64,000 nt of DNA from the human T2T-CHM13v2.0 reference genome, Homo sapiens. The stretch is taken from assembly GCF_009914755.1 (NCBI RefSeq), contig NC_060926.1. One strand, 5' to 3'. The first letter of the stretch is position 1. Every line of letters starts with the position of its first letter. The notes beneath the pieces were generated by a model. That model made no database searches and had not been told where the DNA came from. It saw nothing but the letters and a program-made list of their open reading frames with translations. A program made the translations under genes and the position numbers. Of this stretch, positions 26,955-42,369 are shown piece by piece.

Positions 26955-29900
26955 ATCAATCTAGACAGAATATCAAGTATATAAAAGACTTGAGCAATGT
27001 TATAAATCAACTAGACCTAACAGACATGTATATAGAAGAGTTAATTCAACAATAGGAGATACACATTCTTCTTAAGTTCACATGGAACATTCTCCAGGAT
27101 AGACCATATGCTAAGCCATTAAAAAAAAACTTCAATATTTTTGATTGAATAGAAATAATACAAAGTATGTGTTCCAACTACAATGAAATGGAATGAAAAA
27201 TAAATATTAGGAAAAAATTTGGGAACTCACAAATATGTCAAAATTAACCAGCACAATACTCAATAACAAATGGATACATTTTTTAAAAAAGGAAAACAGA
27301 AAACACTTTGAGATGAATGAAAATTAAGACATAACATACTAAACTTATGGAATCCAGCTAAGGTCATGCTTATAGAAAAGTTTATAGCTATAAATAGCTG
27401 TATTTGAAAAAAATATTTCAAATTAATAACCCAACCTTCATCATAAGATCCTGGGAAAAGAAGAGCAAATTAAATCTAAAGCAAGCTGAAGGAAGGAAAT
27501 AGTAAAGATTGTAGTTGACCCTTGAACAATGTGGAGGTTAGGTTTACCAACCCCCATGCAATAAAAAAATTCACGCATAACTTCGAATCCTCTAAAACTT
27601 AACTACTAATAGCCTACTGTCAACCAAAAGCCTTACTAATAACATAAACAATTAACACATTCTGTATGTGTATTGTATACTGTATTCTTACAATAAAGTA
27701 AGCTAGAGAAAATAAAATATTATTGAAAACTTTTAAGAAAGATGGGATATGTTTACTATTTATTAAGTGAAATGGATCATCATAAAGGTCTTTATCCTTG
27801 TCATCTTCACATTGAGTAGGCTGAGGGGAGGAGGAAGACAAGGGGTTGTCTTGGGGGGCTGGCAGAGGTGGAAGAAAATCTACATAAAAGTCGCCCCACA
27901 TAGTTTAATCCATGTTGTTCTATGGTCAAGTGTCAACAGAAATTAATAAAATAAGGAATAAAAAAAAGACTCCCAAAGCTAGTTCTTTGAAAAGATTAAA
28001 AAAAGAAGACAAACTTTAGATAGAATGACCAAGAAGAAAAGATAGTAGACTCAAATTAGTAGAATCAGAAATGCAAGATATGGTATTACTACTCACCTTA
28101 AAGAAAGAAAAATAAAGGAATATTTTTACAAATGCACACCAATAAGTTAGATAATTTATAACTTAGATAAATTTGGAAAATCACTGGAAAGACACAAACC
28201 ACTGAAACTGACTCAAGAAGAAATATATAATATAAATAGATTGTGTCAACTGGAGAGATTAGAATTAGAAGCCAAAAAACTACTTGCAAAGAAAATGCCA
28301 GATCCAGATGGCTTCACTGTTGAATTCTACCAAATATTTAATGAAGAATAAATACCAATTATTCACAAACTCTTCCCAAAAGTAAAAAGAAAATACTTTT
28401 GCACTCATTCTATGAGGCCAGTGTTACTCAGATACCAAAAGCAGACAAAACATCACAAGCAAGTAAAACTACAGACTAGTATCTCTTATGAATGTAAATT
28501 CAAAAGTCCTCAATAAAATGCTTGAAAACTGAATCTAGCAACATATAAAAATAATTATATATCATGTTTAATTAATTGAGTTTTATTCCAGGGGTGGCAA
28601 AGTTGGTTTAATATCCAAAAATCAATTAATGTAATATATTACATCAATATAAATAAAAACAAAAATCACATAATTGTCTCAATTGACACATGTAAAGCTT
28701 CTGACAAAACCTAACACCTTTTCTTGGTAAGAATACTTAACAAAAATAGAAGGAAACTTCCGCAGTCTGATAAAAAGTCATCAATGAAAAAACCACCACT
28801 AACATCACACGTATTGGTGAGAGACTGGATGATTTTCCTTAAGATCAGGACCAAGACAACGATGTGCACTCCCACTACTTCCATTCAACACTGTACTGAA
28901 GGTTCTGGCTAAAGTAATTAGACAAGAAAAAGTAATAAAAGGCATACAGACTAGAAAGAAGTTAAAGTAATTCTATTCACAGATGATATATTCCTGTATA
29001 TGGAAAGTCCTATGGAATCCACTAAAAAATTATTAGAACTAATAAATGAGTTCAGCAAGTCTCCAGAATACAAAATCAATATACCAAAATCAATTGTAGT
29101 TCTCTGTACTTGCAATGAACAAATTAAAAATAAGAGAAAAATTTCATTCATGATAGTATTATAAAAAATGAACTTAGGAATAGATTTAACAAAAGAAGTA
29201 CAAAACTTATGTCTTGAAAACTATAAAATAATTATTGAAAGAAAATTAAAATAGATGGGAAAGTATTACATATTCATAGGTCAGAAGACTTAATATTGTT
29301 AAGATGGCAATACTCCCTAAACTAGTCTATAGGTTGAGTGCAATCCCTGTTAGTATCCCAGCTGATTTCTTTGAAGAAATTGACAGGCTGATTCTAAAAT
29401 ATATATGGAATTGCAAGAGACTCTAAATAGCTACCATCCTGAAGGAGAACAAAGTTGGAGGATTGTACTTCTGACTTCAAAACTTAGTAGAAAGAAATAG
29501 TAATGAAGAAAGTGTGATACTGACACAAGGATAGATATATAAGTAAATGGAACAGAAACAATGAGAGTCCAGAAATAAACCTATATATCTATCTTCAACT
29601 GATTTTCAATATGGTCCCAATTGTTTAGTAAGGGACAATTAAATATTCACATGCAAGATTGAAGTTGGATACTTATCAAGCATCATATACAAGAATTAAC
29701 TAAAAATGGATAAAAACCCACAGGTAAGAGCTAAAATTATAAAACTCTCAGAAGAATGCATAAAGATATAAATCTTCTTAATCTTGGATTTGGCAAAGGA
29801 TTATTGGATATGACACCAAAAGCACAAAAAAAGAATAAAAAAATACTTTGAATGTTATCAAAATTTAAAACCTTTATGCTTCAAAGGACACCTTCAAAAA

Positions 29901-30782
29901 AGTGAAAAGGCTCACATAATGGGACAAAAATATTTGTAAATTATACATGTGATAAGGGATTTATATCTAATAGAAATTTAGGGGAGAGATATAAATGTCC
30001 AATAAGCCCATGAAAGATGCTTGGCATCATTAGCCATCAGGGAAAGGCAAATAAAAACCACAATGAAATAGCACTTTATACTCAAGAGGATTGCTGGAAT
30101 CAAGAAGTCAGATATTAAGCAATTACAATGATGTGAAAAAATAGTAAACCTCATACACTGTTCGTGGGAATGTAAAATGGCTCAGCCACTTTGGAAAAAT
30201 AGTCTGGTGATACCCTAAAGGATTAAACACGACTCAGCTATTGCACTCCTAGGTATACACCAAGAAAACTGAAAACATATGTCAGCACTAAAACTTGTAC
30301 ACAAATGTTTAAAACAGCATCATTCATCATAGCCCAAAAGTGAAAACAACCCAAATGTCCATCAACAGATGAATGGATAAACGAAATGTGGCATATCCAT
30401 ACAATTAAATATTTTTCGACCCTTAAAATAATAGAGTACTGATACATTATAATTTGAATTAACCTTGAAAATATTATCCTAAGTGAAAGAATACAGTAAC
30501 AAAAGACTTCATATTGTATGATCCCACTCATAAGAAAGTCCAGAATAGAGAAATCTATAGAGACAGAAAGTAGATTAGTGCTTGCTCAGGGATGAATGGA
30601 GGATGATAGCTAACATGTATGAGTTTTTCTTTTCAGATGATAAAAATGTTTTAAAATTGACGGTGATGGTTGCACATATCTGTGAATATACTAAAAGCCA
30701 TTCAAATGCACACTTCAAATGAGAAGATTGTATTGTATGTGAGTTATAGCTCAAAGCTGTTTTTTTTTAATAATGCAAAAGT
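26955..30782 (+). mobile_element. Old L1 (L1MB7/8-like) ORF2 and 3' UTR, degenerate, interrupted by Tigger2a
   Basis: EN-region caactagacctaacagaca...catggaacattctccaggatagaccatatg; RT-region ccagatggcttcactgttgaattctaccaaa; 3' UTR gagacagaaagtagattagtg...gatggttgcacatatctgtgaatatactaaaa...gtatgtgagttatagctcaaagctgtt. Confidence 0.88.
27512..27932 (+). mobile_element. Tigger2a-like (TcMar-Tigger) non-autonomous DNA transposon
   Basis: TIR-like ends (t)agttgacccttgaacaa / ttgttctatggtcaagtg, about 420 bp, inserted in L1 ORF2. Confidence 0.85.
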
Positions 30783-31479
30783 AAAAATACCAGTGGAATT
30801 CTAATGCTCGTAATTTCTGGAAGGTGTTCCCTTGGGTGTGTGGGGTATGAGATAAAGGTGGTAGTGGGAGGTCGTCTGTGCAATAGCAAGCTTAAAATTG
30901 TAGGCTTTGTCAATAACGGACAAACAATACATTTAACTACCCACATGATCTTAGACAAATCATTTCATTTCACTGGGCTTCATTTTACATTTCTAAAACA
31001 AGGGGAAGGAGGTAGTATATACTGTCTCAAGCTCATCTGGCAATGTTTTCTAATTTGAAGAACAATGCAGGTTTTCACAGGAGACTTGGCCCACATAGAA
31101 CTTTAAAAAGGGATTTTGGTGTCTACCATCTATTTTGGGTTGTACATAGTACCTTTCTCAACCCTTCAGTTCCTTTGGGTGTATATGGAGACCCATTTGC
31201 CAAAGCCTATTTTCAGTTAGCTACATTTTACTAAATGAGAGTTTCCTGAAGTGTGGAAGGTAGAATACTTATGAGTTATACAAAATTGGACTGCCTCTGA
31301 GAGCCTTTATTATGTATATGCATGTGAATCTCTAGAATGAGGGTATAGCACGCAGCATTTTCCAAACCAAGCTGACCATGGAAGACCTTTTAAAAATTTA
31401 CTTTTTATGGAGTGTCATGAAATTAGGGTTGTGAGGCATATACTTGGAGAAATGCTAAAGTGCCAGCCTTTAAAGGTAA

Positions 31480-31797
<318 letters not shown>

Positions 31798-32005
31798 CCA
31801 AGAAATTTTATGTTTCAAATGCAGAGTATTTGAAATTAGGGCAATCTTTAAGGCTCCAAGAATTGATTTATTAATGGTGGTATTGTGACAAGTAGCAGAG
31901 GATATATCTGGGGGCAACTGAGCCAGCTTAGTGCTTCTCAGATTGTATTACTTAGGGAACTATGGATTTGTTAGGGCAGCTTTGGCCTAAATAGGACATC
32001 ACATC

Positions 32006-32666
<661 letters not shown>

Positions 32667-33140
32667 CTATGAGGTCATGATAGATCAATAATTTTTTTTT
32701 CCTGAACTCTATGGGATTTTTAAAATACTATCATCAAGGTTCATCTAATTCAGTGAGGAGCATTTAGGGAGCATTTACAGTGAGTCCTGAGCCTCCATTA
32801 AGTACTCCATTTTCACATGGCATTCACTTCTGCTAAGCCTCTACATCTGCAGAAGATCAGCTACTCAACCTGCTGAGAGTCAGTTACTTCTGGGCACCAT
32901 CTTCATAAGAAATGTGTAAAAGGCAAAATAAAGTTGGAGCCAGCCCTGATACCACCCACTCTATAGATAGGCATACATATTGCTCAAACAGCTCCTTGAC
33001 ATTAGCCAGCTTCTGATTACTTTGTAATTTATTTCTGGAAATTGTCATCGCATTTACTTTTTAGTCCTTCTATTTATTCACAACCCCACTGATTGAATCT
33101 CTCTTTCTCTCTCCTCATGGAGTAGTTGCTTGTACCCATC

Positions 33141-33542
33141 TGTGTTAGGCTTTTCTTGCATTGCTATTAAAAAATACCTAAGACTGGGTAATTTATAAGG
33201 AAAAGAGGTTTAATTGGGTCATGGTTCTGCAGGCTTTACAGGAAGTGTGTGGTGCTGGCATCTGCTTGGCTTCTGCGGAGGCCTCAGGGAGCTTTTACTC
33301 ATAATGAAAGTTGAAGGAGGAACAGGAATCCCACGTGGCAGAGCAGGAGCAAGGTAGTGGGGAGATACCACACTTTACAACAACAGGAGTTCACGGGAAG
33401 TCACTGACTATCAAGAGAACAGCACCAAGCCATGAAGGATCCACCCCAATGATCCAAATACCTCCCACCAGGCCCCACCTCCAACAATGGGGATTATGTT
33501 TCCATGTGAGATTTAGAGGGGACACACATCCAAACTATGTCG
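33141..33542 (-). mobile_element. MSTA/MSTB MaLR solo LTR
   Basis: tgtgttaggcttttcttgcattgctat...gactgggtaatttataag...gacacacatccaaactatgtcg; 5-bp TSD ccatc / ccaac. Confidence 0.9.
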
Positions 33543-33774
33543 CCAACCCTGACTGGGTACAGGAGAAGAGTGCAGTGCTAATCTTCAGCTTACTATATAT
33601 GGGAGACAAAATAATACATAAGTTCTGTATTAAAGATGAGTCCAGCATTTTACATATGTAAGTGCTCAGATGAAGAGTTTAGACTTTTACTTTAGGAGTT
33701 CAGAGTAAAAAGAGGCCCACTGTGTCTTTTTTTCCTTGTTCATACAAAGAATGGGCATGTTAAAATCAGGTATA

Positions 33775-33955
33775 TAAGAGATGTCAATTTCAATTCTGAT
33801 ACTGAGAAGCTGAGTGACTTTGGGCTAATTCTTAAATTTTAGTTTCCTTATTTCCAAAATAGGGACAGTAATAGCTACAGTGCAAAATTGTTGGGCAAGA
33901 TGCTATAGGTGGCATGCAGCATAGTGACACAGTAGGACTTATTAGATGTTTGTTA
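33775..33955 (+). mobile_element. MIR SINE, degenerate
   Basis: agctgagtgactttgggcta...agtttccttatttccaaaataggg. Confidence 0.6.
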
Positions 33956-34000
33956 CATTCAGTCTTTCCTTCTAGTTATTATTTGCTTGAGAAGCCCTTT

Positions 34001-35435
34001 CATTTATTCTTTCAACTCATATATGTATTGAGTGTTTACTCTCTGCTGGGGACTATTCAACATGTTGAAATCTTTGCCATCATTCAACTTTAGTTCTAGT
34101 TTCTAGTGGTGGGGGGGAAAGTAAAGAAATGAAAACATTCAAGTTGTAGTAAGTTTATGTGCTATTATAGTGGAGTGGTCAAAAAGACCCTTCTAAGGAG
34201 GTGGCATTTGGGTAGAGACTGAAAAGATGAAAAGTCATCTCGTGTCATCTCATCATGCTGAAAGATGTGAAGAGGAAAGAGAAAAATAGATCTAAGGTAG
34301 GAAAGAGCCTAGTGTTTCTAAAGAGTAGAAAGGGGTCCAGGGTGACAGGAAGAGGTCAAATCATGGGGTGCTTTGTAGTCATGGCAAAGCACATTAGCTC
34401 CACAAGGAAAGATATTTTGTCTGTTTTGCTCACTCCTGACTCTCTGGCACCTCAAACAGTGCCTGTCATAGTAGGCAGTCATAAAACATGAGTGTAATAA
34501 ATTTTATTCTAAATGAAGTTCTATGTAATTGGATGTCATATGCTTTTGAAATGCCTCTAGCTGCTGCATAGGGGATAGACTGTTAATTCAAGTGAAACAA
34601 GGAAATGGAAAAGGTAGGGGACATTGCAGTAGCCCAGGTGAGGGATGATGGTGAATTAAGCTATAGTGGTGGTAGGGGAGATACGGATAAATGAAGAGTT
34701 TGGAGCTATAGTTTATGTGTCAAATCCCCAGCACCTGTTGATGGATTGGATTTGGGAGTGACAGTTTGGTGACATGTGCGTTTATACAGATGATGAAGGC
34801 TGGGAGAAGAGATTCTGTGGGGCTTAAAGGAAGGCAATTAAGTGTTACTATTTTCTATTTGTTGGTTTTGAGATGCTTGTAAAAGTCAAGTGGAGAAGTC
34901 AAGGTTTCAGTTGAATATTATATGTCTTGGGCTCCATAAGGCAGTCAGAAATGGCACACATATTCTGAATGTAGGTGATATTTAAAGCTGTCTGGATGAG
35001 CTCACCATACAGAGAGAACAGATGCACAACAGAAGAAGGTTCAGGAGGAAGCCTGGGAACTCCAACATCTAGAGGCTGAGAAGCAATAGAGAAGTCAGCA
35101 GAGGAGATCAAAGTTTTGCTTGAGCTATAGGAGGAAAACTAGTGTGGTATCACAGACACTGAAAGTCAAAAAAGGAACATGTGTCAAGTACTCGAATGGT
35201 CACTGCATGGAGTGTTCCTGAGAGGTGTGTAATGTGAACAGAGAAGTGACCACAGAATCTGCCATATGAATTCAGCACATTCCTCTTATATTCAGAGTTG
35301 TAAAATGTAATATAATCACTGTACAAAACATATGGAAGATAAAGAGAAATTTTTTGGTACCTGTGACAAGAAGAATTTTCAGCTCAGTGGAACTATGGAG
35401 ACAGAGCCAGATTGAGTGGGTGAATAATGAATGGG
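34001..35435 (-). mobile_element. L2 LINE, with a plus-strand L2 3' end nested at about 34395-34495
   Basis: catttattctttcaac...tattgagtgtttact; attgcagtagcccaggtgagggatgatggtg; ggaactccaacatctagagg; nested agctccacaagg...cagtgcctgtcatagtaggc. Confidence 0.75.
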
Positions 35436-36160
35436 AATTCCTGGGTAGAAATGGCATATTAAATAAACAACTATTTGTTTCCTCCTGAAACTCCACTGAG
35501 AAGACAATAAGGGAATTTGTTTTTTAAATGAATAAAGCAACAAGGACAGAAGAACAAGAGCAAGAAAATTTTAGGATTGCAAAGATGGAGAAATGTGGTT
35601 CTGGAACTAGTACTGACAGCATCCCAGAAAGCTGAATTAAAATCTGCATTCCACAATATATTCCTCTACTTTGCAAGCACATTAAAGTTTGAGAAGTGTT
35701 ACTTGGTTGACTCTAGAAAATGGAAGCCAAAGTGATTTATACTGCACCATCCCTAAAACACTCAGGGACTGGAGGCACTGGTATCTCTAGGAGTGGGGCA
35801 GGGGTGGAAATCGGGTAAAATGGATAAAATAAAGAGGATTGGTGGAAAGTATATTTAAAAGGCAGCCAGACTTTCCCCTCAGAACAGTCAGGGGAGTGCC
35901 CCTACCCACCCAAGCAAAACCCCAAAGAATTATTCTTTAGAGAGCATAAAATAGGGAGTTTTTGGACTTGAGGATGCCAGGTGCCACTTATGACTGTTGG
36001 ATGCTGAGACCCTAGTTCTTTTCCCAACCACCAGAATGCTGGTAGTCAGGACTTCATCCTCCAGTAGGAATTTGGAAGAATCTTCTCCAGGAAATTCAAC
36101 CAGCCCAAGTCAAGACATAAAGATTCTGATGCAGCAATTCCCCAACAAACAGCCTAGCTG
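35435..36160 (+). mobile_element. HAL1-like (half-L1) 5' region
   Basis: ccagaatgctggtagtcagg...tccagtaggaatttggaagaatcttctccaggaaattcaaccagcccaag resembles the HAL1 5' UTR. Confidence 0.55.
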
Positions 36161-37611
36161 TTTCTTTGGCTGAGATTCTTAAATCTGCTGCTGCGGCTAT
36201 TGTTGCTCTTCTTCCTCCAGAATCTTACCCCAAACATCTGCTTCCAGAGCCACTTTGTAATTTTCCTATCTGACTAGCATAACTATTTGCACTTCTTTCC
36301 CCTTATTTCTAGTATTTGTTTGGGGGAATGAGATGCCATTCAAAGACTGTGTGTTCTTATTAAAGGAGTTCAGCAGATTTTCACAATCAGGGGCATGATA
36401 AGCAATTTTGCTACTGTTTGCAGGATTCCAGATGACCTCTTTGCTGTTCATCATAATTGTCATATTTTATTTCATTGCTTTTCCAGTTTGTTTTCTAACT
36501 TAAAATAATGTTTCTTGTTGCATTTTCTAATGTCCTCTCCAATGTATTTACTTAGAGAAATGCTGCACTGCTTGCCCACAAAACAAACAGCAATTCAATG
36601 AAGGTTTCTTCCTTTCCTGCCCTGACGAGAAATTAGCTTTGATGGGTACATGGTAGTGGCAAGGGTTTGTTGTTGACTGTGGGTACCTGCTCAGGCTGTG
36701 ATCTGATGGTAGACAGTGATCATTCTTTTGCATTTAATTTGTTTTTCTACCCTAAAGCTAATATAACCATGCCAAATAGTTTGAAATTTAGAGGACAAGG
36801 AAATTACTTATAAGTTCAAGAGCATTCTGTAATTCCTTATTACTGTCCCCCTCATGCCAAAGCAAAATGTCTTAAGGTCTGTCATTTTTGGAGGGCTATG
36901 GCCTTTGTTAAGATTAGCTCTGGTCTTTTACTAGATTCAGGATCATCCCAGCTGCTTTGGGGGAAGCTGGCATACACAGCCCATTGACGGGTAAACTTTT
37001 ACCCAACAGGCATAAAATAGTATTTATCAATACAAGTAGTTTTGGAAAAACGGTGAAGTTGGCAAAGAAAACAATGCAGCCTACGTTTCCCTTTGGTGCT
37101 CTTTTCTACCTTCTGTGTTAACCTCCTTTATCCAAACTGAAAAGATTGAGTCTCTTGTATTTTGACAATTTGTAAACTTTTAGTCAAACTTAAATATTTG
37201 GACACTTTTCCATTGAACCCTATCATTAATTTGCTGATTGTTCATTATATTTTAGTTCAGGTCTGTGCCCTTCTTATAAAATAAAACAAGGATTTGCTAG
37301 CTTTAAAGCAATGGAGTATTTTGGAAGTGGCCCTATATAGCCCCTGAAATCATCCCACGGTGGTCAAGAAGGCAAATCTAGATGGGACAGGCCAATGGCT
37401 GTCTTCTTATCATCTCTGTTCTGGCATCAGGCAGGCAGGTATCCATTCCTTCTAGCTCTCACAATCTATGATTTCAGATTGCACAAAGCAACATGCAATT
37501 AGTTGTCAAATTAGTGATTTCGACAATGACTATTCTGAGTTCTGAGAGAGATACTGATAGTTGCAAGTAAGAGCAAGGAAAAACATTGTCACTGCTTGTT
37601 TGAGTTCTTTT

Positions 37612-37715
37612 TTGGCAACTTCATGAGGACAGGGATCTTGCCTTTCCTATTGATTGTTTTCTCTCCAGTGCCTAATATAGAACCTTGAACATATATAATT
37701 AATAAATATTTGCTG
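37612..37715 (+). mobile_element. L2 3' end
   Basis: aacttcatgaggacagggatcttg...tctccagtgcctaa...aataaatatttgctg. Confidence 0.7.
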
Positions 37716-40374
37716 TTCAAAGAAAACTTCATGAAAAATGAGCATCTTTTCTTTGGTATCAAAGGTGAGTAATATTGGAGTAGGAGAATATATTCAGGCT
37801 GGAGAAAATAGTAGTACTTGAGTAGGGGAATATAAAACATATTTGGAAGCTGGGGAGTAGAAAATAGCACATAGAGCATAGGGTTGAGAGGATGTAAGAG
37901 AAGAGATGAGATAGAAGAGTTAATTTGAGGCCAAAATACAGAGGATCTTAATGCCAAACTTGTGACTGGATTTTTGTTCTGAATTTGGGCATGTGTACCC
38001 ACAGAGGAATTAAACCAGGACAAGATCTCAGAGCAGGGATCTGGGAGGGAAGAAGATGGAAAGCTCAAAGACCAATTCAGAGGCTACTATTGTGAGAAGA
38101 CGAGGAACCACAAGAGGCAATGCCATCTTCTAGGGATGTAATCCTATCTTATGAACCAACATTTTGTAAGCTTTCTTAAAGGGACAGAATATTTGAAACC
38201 GAAGCCACTTCAGAAAGTCTAGTGCTCAAGGATGTGGCCCTTTCATATAAGGGGCCTTTCTTTCTCAAGTCCTTATTCCAAGAGAATTCAGGAGGGATGC
38301 AGTGCTCAGAGACCTGTCCCCCTGTTTAGTTATGAAATCATTGCTGGAGATAGGATCCCTCATGAATTCTTTGTTTAAAACCCCTCAACAAGTTGAAAAT
38401 ATCAAGAGAAAGAGATGTTTGTGTGGGGTTTTTCCATGCTGCATCTCAAAATAACAGAACTATTCAGCCCAAGGGAAACATGCTCACTCTCTAAATCCCA
38501 CAAGTGAGATCAGAGGAGCGCAAGGATTACACAGCTGCTGGAATCTGACGCCTAGAGAAAGCCTATTGGTTTGGGGAAGTTTGGTGCCTGAAGATGCTTG
38601 TAAAATCAAAGCATTTGAGAATTGAAAACATCTCAGCGTCATTTTACATCAAACTTTCAGCAATCTACTGATGAGTTTTCTCTCAATATCCTCAATTTGT
38701 TGATCTTTCTGTTGCATCGAAACAGTTAAACTTTTGAGGTCCCTATTTCTTAGAAGTTTTCATCAAGCTTGCCATTAGAAAGATACAAAAATGGGCTCAG
38801 CTGTGCATTCTTGATGGTTTCTGACACAGGACTCTGTGATAACTTTATGTTGACTCTTGCTGAAAAAGGTCTGAGAGATGAGATGCAAAAAAGGGCTCAT
38901 GTCACTCTGAAGACTAAAAGTATAATTGAATTCAAGTGCATAGCACGTGTTTGGCTGCTTTATTCAAATATTATTTTACATATCCTTTGAAGATTTTCAG
39001 ATCAGCCAGCCTATTTCATACGAAAGAACAAGGTAATGGCATGTTCAGGTCAGAGATACAAAACATGCTCTGAGATACTCCAGGGAGAGGTCAGATTAAG
39101 AACAAACATCCATATCTCATTATAATCAGATCCTAGGCAATTAAAAATAATTACTCTCTTTCCTAGCTGACCTTGTGGGCTATATAAGCTAAAATCTAGT
39201 CTAAACAAAGCTAAATTGGAGAGTCTAAATCTAAGCGCCTAAAGAAAAAGTATAGTCCAATCAACCACAGTGGCTAGATAACCCAATTAGTGGCTTTGGA
39301 GAAAGATAATCAAAAGTTAAATGAATTTCCCATTTGCTGCCACAATGTCCTATTTCTGAAGCATAGGCTTCTTAGAGTAGAGGACTTGGGTGAGGAAGGA
39401 TAGCATGCACCTTTAGGTAAACAAGGGGGTTTTATCATCACCAAGCAAGTGCAGTTCTCTGCTATCAAACCCCTACTCTTCAATTGCTAATAATGACTCT
39501 GTAAATTATAGCTCTTAGCCAATTCTCAGGATAGAGTTCATCTTCTACTTTAAAGGATTCTTTCCCTGCAATGTAATTTCCACTTTTTCTCTTTCAAGGT
39601 ACTGCATTCTATAGCTGTTCCTTTAGTCATTTTTTTTTTTATTCTTCTGCAGGGAATATAAACCTCCCTTCCCCCAGCCCAATTAAATTCCAAATGTTGG
39701 ACATAGACATATCATTTCTCACAAAAGTAGGTGCAGGATTTTATGTCAAGAGAAAGGATTATGTATATATTAGTGTGAACGCTGCGCTGTTTGTTTCTGT
39801 CAAAGAAGTACCTAAACAAGGCTATAGGAGACTCCAAACATGGGCACTCAGGGCAATTTGCACAGTGGGGTGTTCAGTTTTGATAATCAGAGAGAACTAC
39901 AACAATCAAAGTACATCTGAGGAATATAGAAAACTTAAAATTCAGGGTCTAGAATCTGACCTTAATTGGCAAAAATTATATTTTTTGAAGACTTCTGTCT
40001 GGTTTAAAGTGATTTTGTTTGGGCAAAATCACTTTCCTCTTTTCGATATTTTTGTTAGGTATAGAGAGGCAAGTATTATCACGTAAGTCAAGAGAATTGA
40101 ATGATGTGCCTAGAGTATAGAATATTCAACTTTTAACTCAGTAGACCTTGTTTCTAGTCAACGTCTCTTTCTTTCTGTATAAATTAATGGATTCTGGAAT
40201 GACACACAGGAATTTTCTTAAAACAAACACATAAAAAAGCAAGGAAAATAAGAAAGCTATCCGATCCTATACTAGTTCACTGCAGGAGAAAGTAATAATC
40301 ATCTTTTATAAGAATTCTTTATTCAGTACTGAGGAGCAGAGCAAATAAACAGATGTAATTCCTCCTGATTTATC

Positions 40375-41100
40375 GAATCATTTGTACTACCTGTAATTGA
40401 GCGTCCAGAATACACATCGTATTGAACCAGACACACTAAGGTGTACAAAGGAAATTTTCACTACAGTTGAGGAAATAAGACACACATGAAAAATTAAACG
40501 CAAGGCAAGATTAAGTGTGAAATGAACTGCACCAGTGTTTGAATGAAAGCAAGTTTAAATAAAGACGGAGTGGTAAGGGAAGACTTCATGAAAGAGGCAA
40601 CCTTTGAGCAAGATTATAATAAGGCTGAATTTCAAGAAACAAAGAATAAACTGAGAATAGTACAAACAGGAGGCATAACGTAAAGACACAAAGAGGTAGA
40701 AATGCACAAACTATGCTTGAGCCCTGTGGAGTAGGCTCCTGTTGGAGAATAAAGAGAGGTAAAGTCAGAAAGATGAGCTATTGAATGTTTTTGAACTGGG
40801 AAATCACAACATGGTGGCAGTGGTGTTTTATGGAGAAAATAGAATGACGGTGTGCAGGCTAGTTTGGAGAAAAGAGGGATTGATAAGAAAGACATAAATT
40901 AGGAAGTAATTATATAATCCAGGATTTAGATTGCCAGGGCCGAAGCAAAGATAATGGTAATTTTTTTAAAAAAAATATTATTATTAGTAGCAGAAATATG
41001 AAAGGAACTTGTAAACTGATTAGATGGGTAACCAGAAAAGTTTGAAACCTATATGATGAGGAGAAGTAAACTGTCAACATTCAACAAATGAGGAAGTTAG
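40375..41100 (-). mobile_element. L2 LINE, degenerate
   Basis: agggaagacttcatgaaagagg...gagctattgaatgtttttgaactgg. Confidence 0.55.
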
Positions 41101-42369
41101 GAATGGTTTTTATAGTTTTGTAATCCATTGTTTTATCTTCTCTTTCTTCACCTCAGAACAGGTAATACCTAGTTACCTCATGGTTACCTATAGTCTATAC
41201 TTCAGAACCATCTCCTTCATGAGAACACAGCACACTTTAAAATACCTACTTGTCAGGCACAAAGCAATAAAAACGAATCCAAGAGTCCTTTTCTAGATGT
41301 GATATTGAACACTGAATCTGAGAGTCAAGAGGCCTGGGTTGTGGTTCAGACTTTAGAAGGAATTTATCCTGATGGCTGGGGTTGGATAGACCAGCCTTTC
41401 CCAAAGTGACCTCTGTGGAATGTTAATCCTCAGAATACTCTTAGAAAAGTGGCTCAGTTTGCAAACATCAAAAACTCTGTTTCACTCTTAAGACATCACA
41501 GAACGCCTTGGTATAGCAAAGGCTACCCTTTTTGTACACGATTGATACATCCCTCTGAACTAAGGACCTATTAAACAAAGACTAACCTAGACACACTTTA
41601 AAATTCCTAATAATAATCTGTGGTTATGGAATATGGAGATCTAAACCAGGATGAAAAAATAAGGAATGTAAGGCAAAGAAAGAAAATAAAAAGAGGAAAA
41701 GATAATTTGATAATTAGAAGTAAATGCTAGTGAAAAGAGATTGCAATGAGATATGGGAACTTGCTATAAGGACAAGGTTTAACACAGGCAGCCTATAATA
41801 TAATCCCAGGACAGGTTTCCTTAAGACAAGAATGACCATCAATAGACCCTTTTCTTCTTTAGTATTATAATCATCTGACCCTGCTGAAGAAAAACATCAT
41901 TACGTCCATACTGTTGCCTAGACTTCAAATTTCAGATGTAGAATGGGTGTTTGCATTCTCCTTAGGAATTCTAACTGCAGGAAGAATAAAGTAAGATCAA
42001 AGGCACTTTTCTAGATCCACTGACTGCCTCTAGGTGAAGCTGAGTTTCTAAGATAAGTCAGAAACCAAAATTCCTTTGACTATAGTCAGAATGAACCTGC
42101 TCCCTGAGTTCTTGACAAATATGGACAGCGTTAAGGGACACATTTTCTTACCCAGAAAGTAAGTCCATGGAGATTAAGTGCTAGATACCCTGGGAGGAGA
42201 TTATTCTTAAACAAATGGGAGGTTGTAAACTACCTCAGAGTTATAAAGATCTTTATATCAATTTTCCAAAATCAGTCTCATATCTCTTGACTGACTTGGT
42301 CCTCACGAAAGCCCTCTGTGGTAGATAATTTTTGCCTAATATTTTACAGTTGAGAGCAACATTATTATT

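Noticed and set aside
36160-36540. Segment that looked like a minus-strand processed pseudogene
   Set aside because: Reverse-complement translation gives no recognisable protein, poly(A) or TSD; TBLASTX would settle it.
37589-38068. 159-aa minus-strand ORF
   Set aside because: Overlaps L2 relics, non-ATG start, no recognisable homology.
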